Shown piece by piece: positions 62,171 through 64,000 of a stretch of 64,000 bases of DNA. The notes under the pieces were generated by a model. It was given only the letters and a program-made list of their open reading frames with translations, was not told where the DNA came from and searched no databases. Both the position numbers and the translations under genes were made by a program. The DNA comes from Balanoglossus misakiensis (taxonomy: Eukaryota > Animalia > Hemichordata). The stretch is from contig CM082598.2 in the NCBI GenBank assembly GCA_040954595.2, positions 1,550,001-1,614,000 on the forward strand. The letters run 5' to 3'. Numbering within the stretch: the stretch's first letter is position 1; the number at the start of each line of letters is the position of its first letter.

Positions 62171-63518
62171 ATGAGTAGCGGTTGGCAACCACATCAGAGG
62201 CGAGGTCCCATTGCTGCTGAATACAGCAGTCCAGGTCCACGTTACATGGTACCTGGATCAACCGGACAAAACAAGCATGATGCCAGGAAACATATGGCTC
62301 CATCGTACAGTTTCGGCATCCGTCATGCCAAGTTCACCAGCGACTGCAGCCCTGGCCCTGGTTACCTGGTCCAGCCAAACATCACTCGCGTCGGAACAGA
62401 CGGAACCCCCCATTATTCACTGTACAGCCGGCCAAAGGATGTCATGGCGTTCAAAACTCCGGCACCAGGAACTTATTCCCCGGAAAAGGCCGGCAAATCA
62501 GCGCAGAAGTCCGCACCGGCTTACTCATTATCGTCAAGAACAAAGGGTTTCCGATTTGACCAGTCACCAGGTTGGTAGCATGTCATTGGTTGATTATATG
62601 TAAATTCAAAGGGTTTTAATGAGTGCTTAATTAATGCTCTAATCAGGTGTAATGAAAAAGGACAGCCATTTTCAAAGTTGTCTGAATTAAATGTAGACAG
62701 ATATAAACAAAGGAGAAAAACTTTTCAGTGAAATTTTAATTGTTGACGGTTATCCCTTGATCTCTTTTCTCACGTAGCTGCAAACGCATACACCCTTCCC
62801 AACATTCTCGGCGGCAGGGCTGTCGGCAAGAAAACCGCTCCCTGCTTCTCGCTGACGGGACGAAGCAAGATTGGCAGCTTCCACGAAGATCTACAGAAGA
62901 CCCCCGGACCTGGCACATACCGAGTCACCAATCCCAACCTCTACAAACAGAATGATCCGTCCTATTCCATGACTGCCAGGAATCAGCTACCGAGCGACTC
63001 AACTAGGAAACCAGGACCTGGAGCACACAGTCCAGAAAAGGTAAAGTCTCAAAAAGATGTAAATTTGTTCTGTCTGTTATATATATTTAGGTTTGTTTTT
63101 ATTATATACCGGTAGTAGATGCTGCATTTGCAATGTTAACTTGTTAATGTTCAGTAATTATGCATTTTTATAATGATTATGATTATTGATATTATAACTA
63201 TTATTATTAAAATTTAATGTAAATTTGAAGATAACCATAAAGGGCCACAAAGTCTGTGAGAATGTCAAAACCTTTATCTAAAATGAGACTGAGCTAAGCT
63301 GATCAACTAATCCAGGGGAATTTGTTTAATACACTCCCAGCGAACTAAGAAAATCCGAAACTAATTTTAACACTCACTGAGTGTTTTTTTTCTTTCTTTT
63401 CTGTGCTTGCTTTGTTTTTCTCCAGGTGAGAATGAATAAGAAAGCGGCCCCATCATTCTCCTTTGGAATCAGACATTCTCAATATATTTGCCCCGTTCTA
63501 TTCGGCCCGGTGGATTAA
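62171..63518 (+). CDS. ODF3: Outer dense fiber protein 3 / ciliary microtubule-associated protein 1 (SHIPPO-1 PGP-repeat family), 251 aa
   Basis: Exons 62171-62570, 62778-63040 and 63426-63518. Motifs RGPIAAEYSSPGPRY, APSYSFG, SPGPGY, TPAPGTYSPE, DLQKTPGPGTY, KPGPGAHSPEKV and APSFSFGIRHSQY. Confidence 0.93.
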
Positions 63519-64000
63519 AATTTAAGACTTGTGTGATCGCAGGTAAGGAGTCTCCTCGTTAGTAGCTTCTGCCAAAACATCTGGTCAGAACATTACTTGC
63601 TTGGTTACTCCTAGAGGGGTAGGGAGATTGGTTTGGGGGTAGGGGAAGGAGCATATCTGCCTGTCAGTCTGTACAAGTTAGACAGACAGCCAGGTATATG
63701 GACTCCCGTAAATTGTCACTTAACTGGTGGTGTAGATGTGTAACAAGTAATTTCTAATACTAGTTCTTAAATATAATAAGTTTAATCTGTACTCACTGAC
63801 ATAATGTTCACTTGATTCATAAATTGTCTCTACTGTGGTAGATAATGTAAATAGAGATCATTGGTGTGGTTGTTTTTGTCCTAGCTGTCTGCCTTAATAA
63901 GTGTTAACTAAGAAAAAAATACGTTAGACTTTTTGAAAGAAGGCCTACAACCTCGCTTTTCCGAATTAACAATCGGAACGAGACATTTTATGACCAGAAA

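Overview
This is eukaryotic, AT-rich, intron-containing animal DNA. The gene content suggests a marine invertebrate deuterostome such as an acorn worm, but that is inference only. Manual GT-AG splicing gives nine frame-consistent genes. In order: a protein of tandem death domains (+, 1252-3417); a Cys-rich Methuselah/secretin-class 7TM receptor (+, 5114-8157); a single-exon B4GALNT1/2-like glycosyltransferase (-, 9125-10789); a Ly6/three-finger protein (+, 13291-15115); a signal-peptide-bearing four-EF-hand protein (+, 21238-24096); two tandem near-identical copies of a secreted chimeric lectin with 6 C-type lectin domains, a Pro/Thr stalk and an F-type lectin domain (-, 24815-33313 and 34171-43307); a ~3000-aa multi matrin/U1-type zinc-finger protein (-, 45647-57660); and an ODF3/CIMAP1 ciliary gene (+, 62171-63518). 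The last two are head-to-head around RFX X-box motifs. Non-coding features include three tandem LTR-like units (15656-18363), small MITE-like elements and microsatellites. The most notable item is the duplicated CTL6-FTL lectin. Its fucolectin His is replaced by Trp, its two copies differ mainly in sugar-binding loops, and it shows signs of domain-to-domain conversion. No prokaryotic features or CRISPR array were found.
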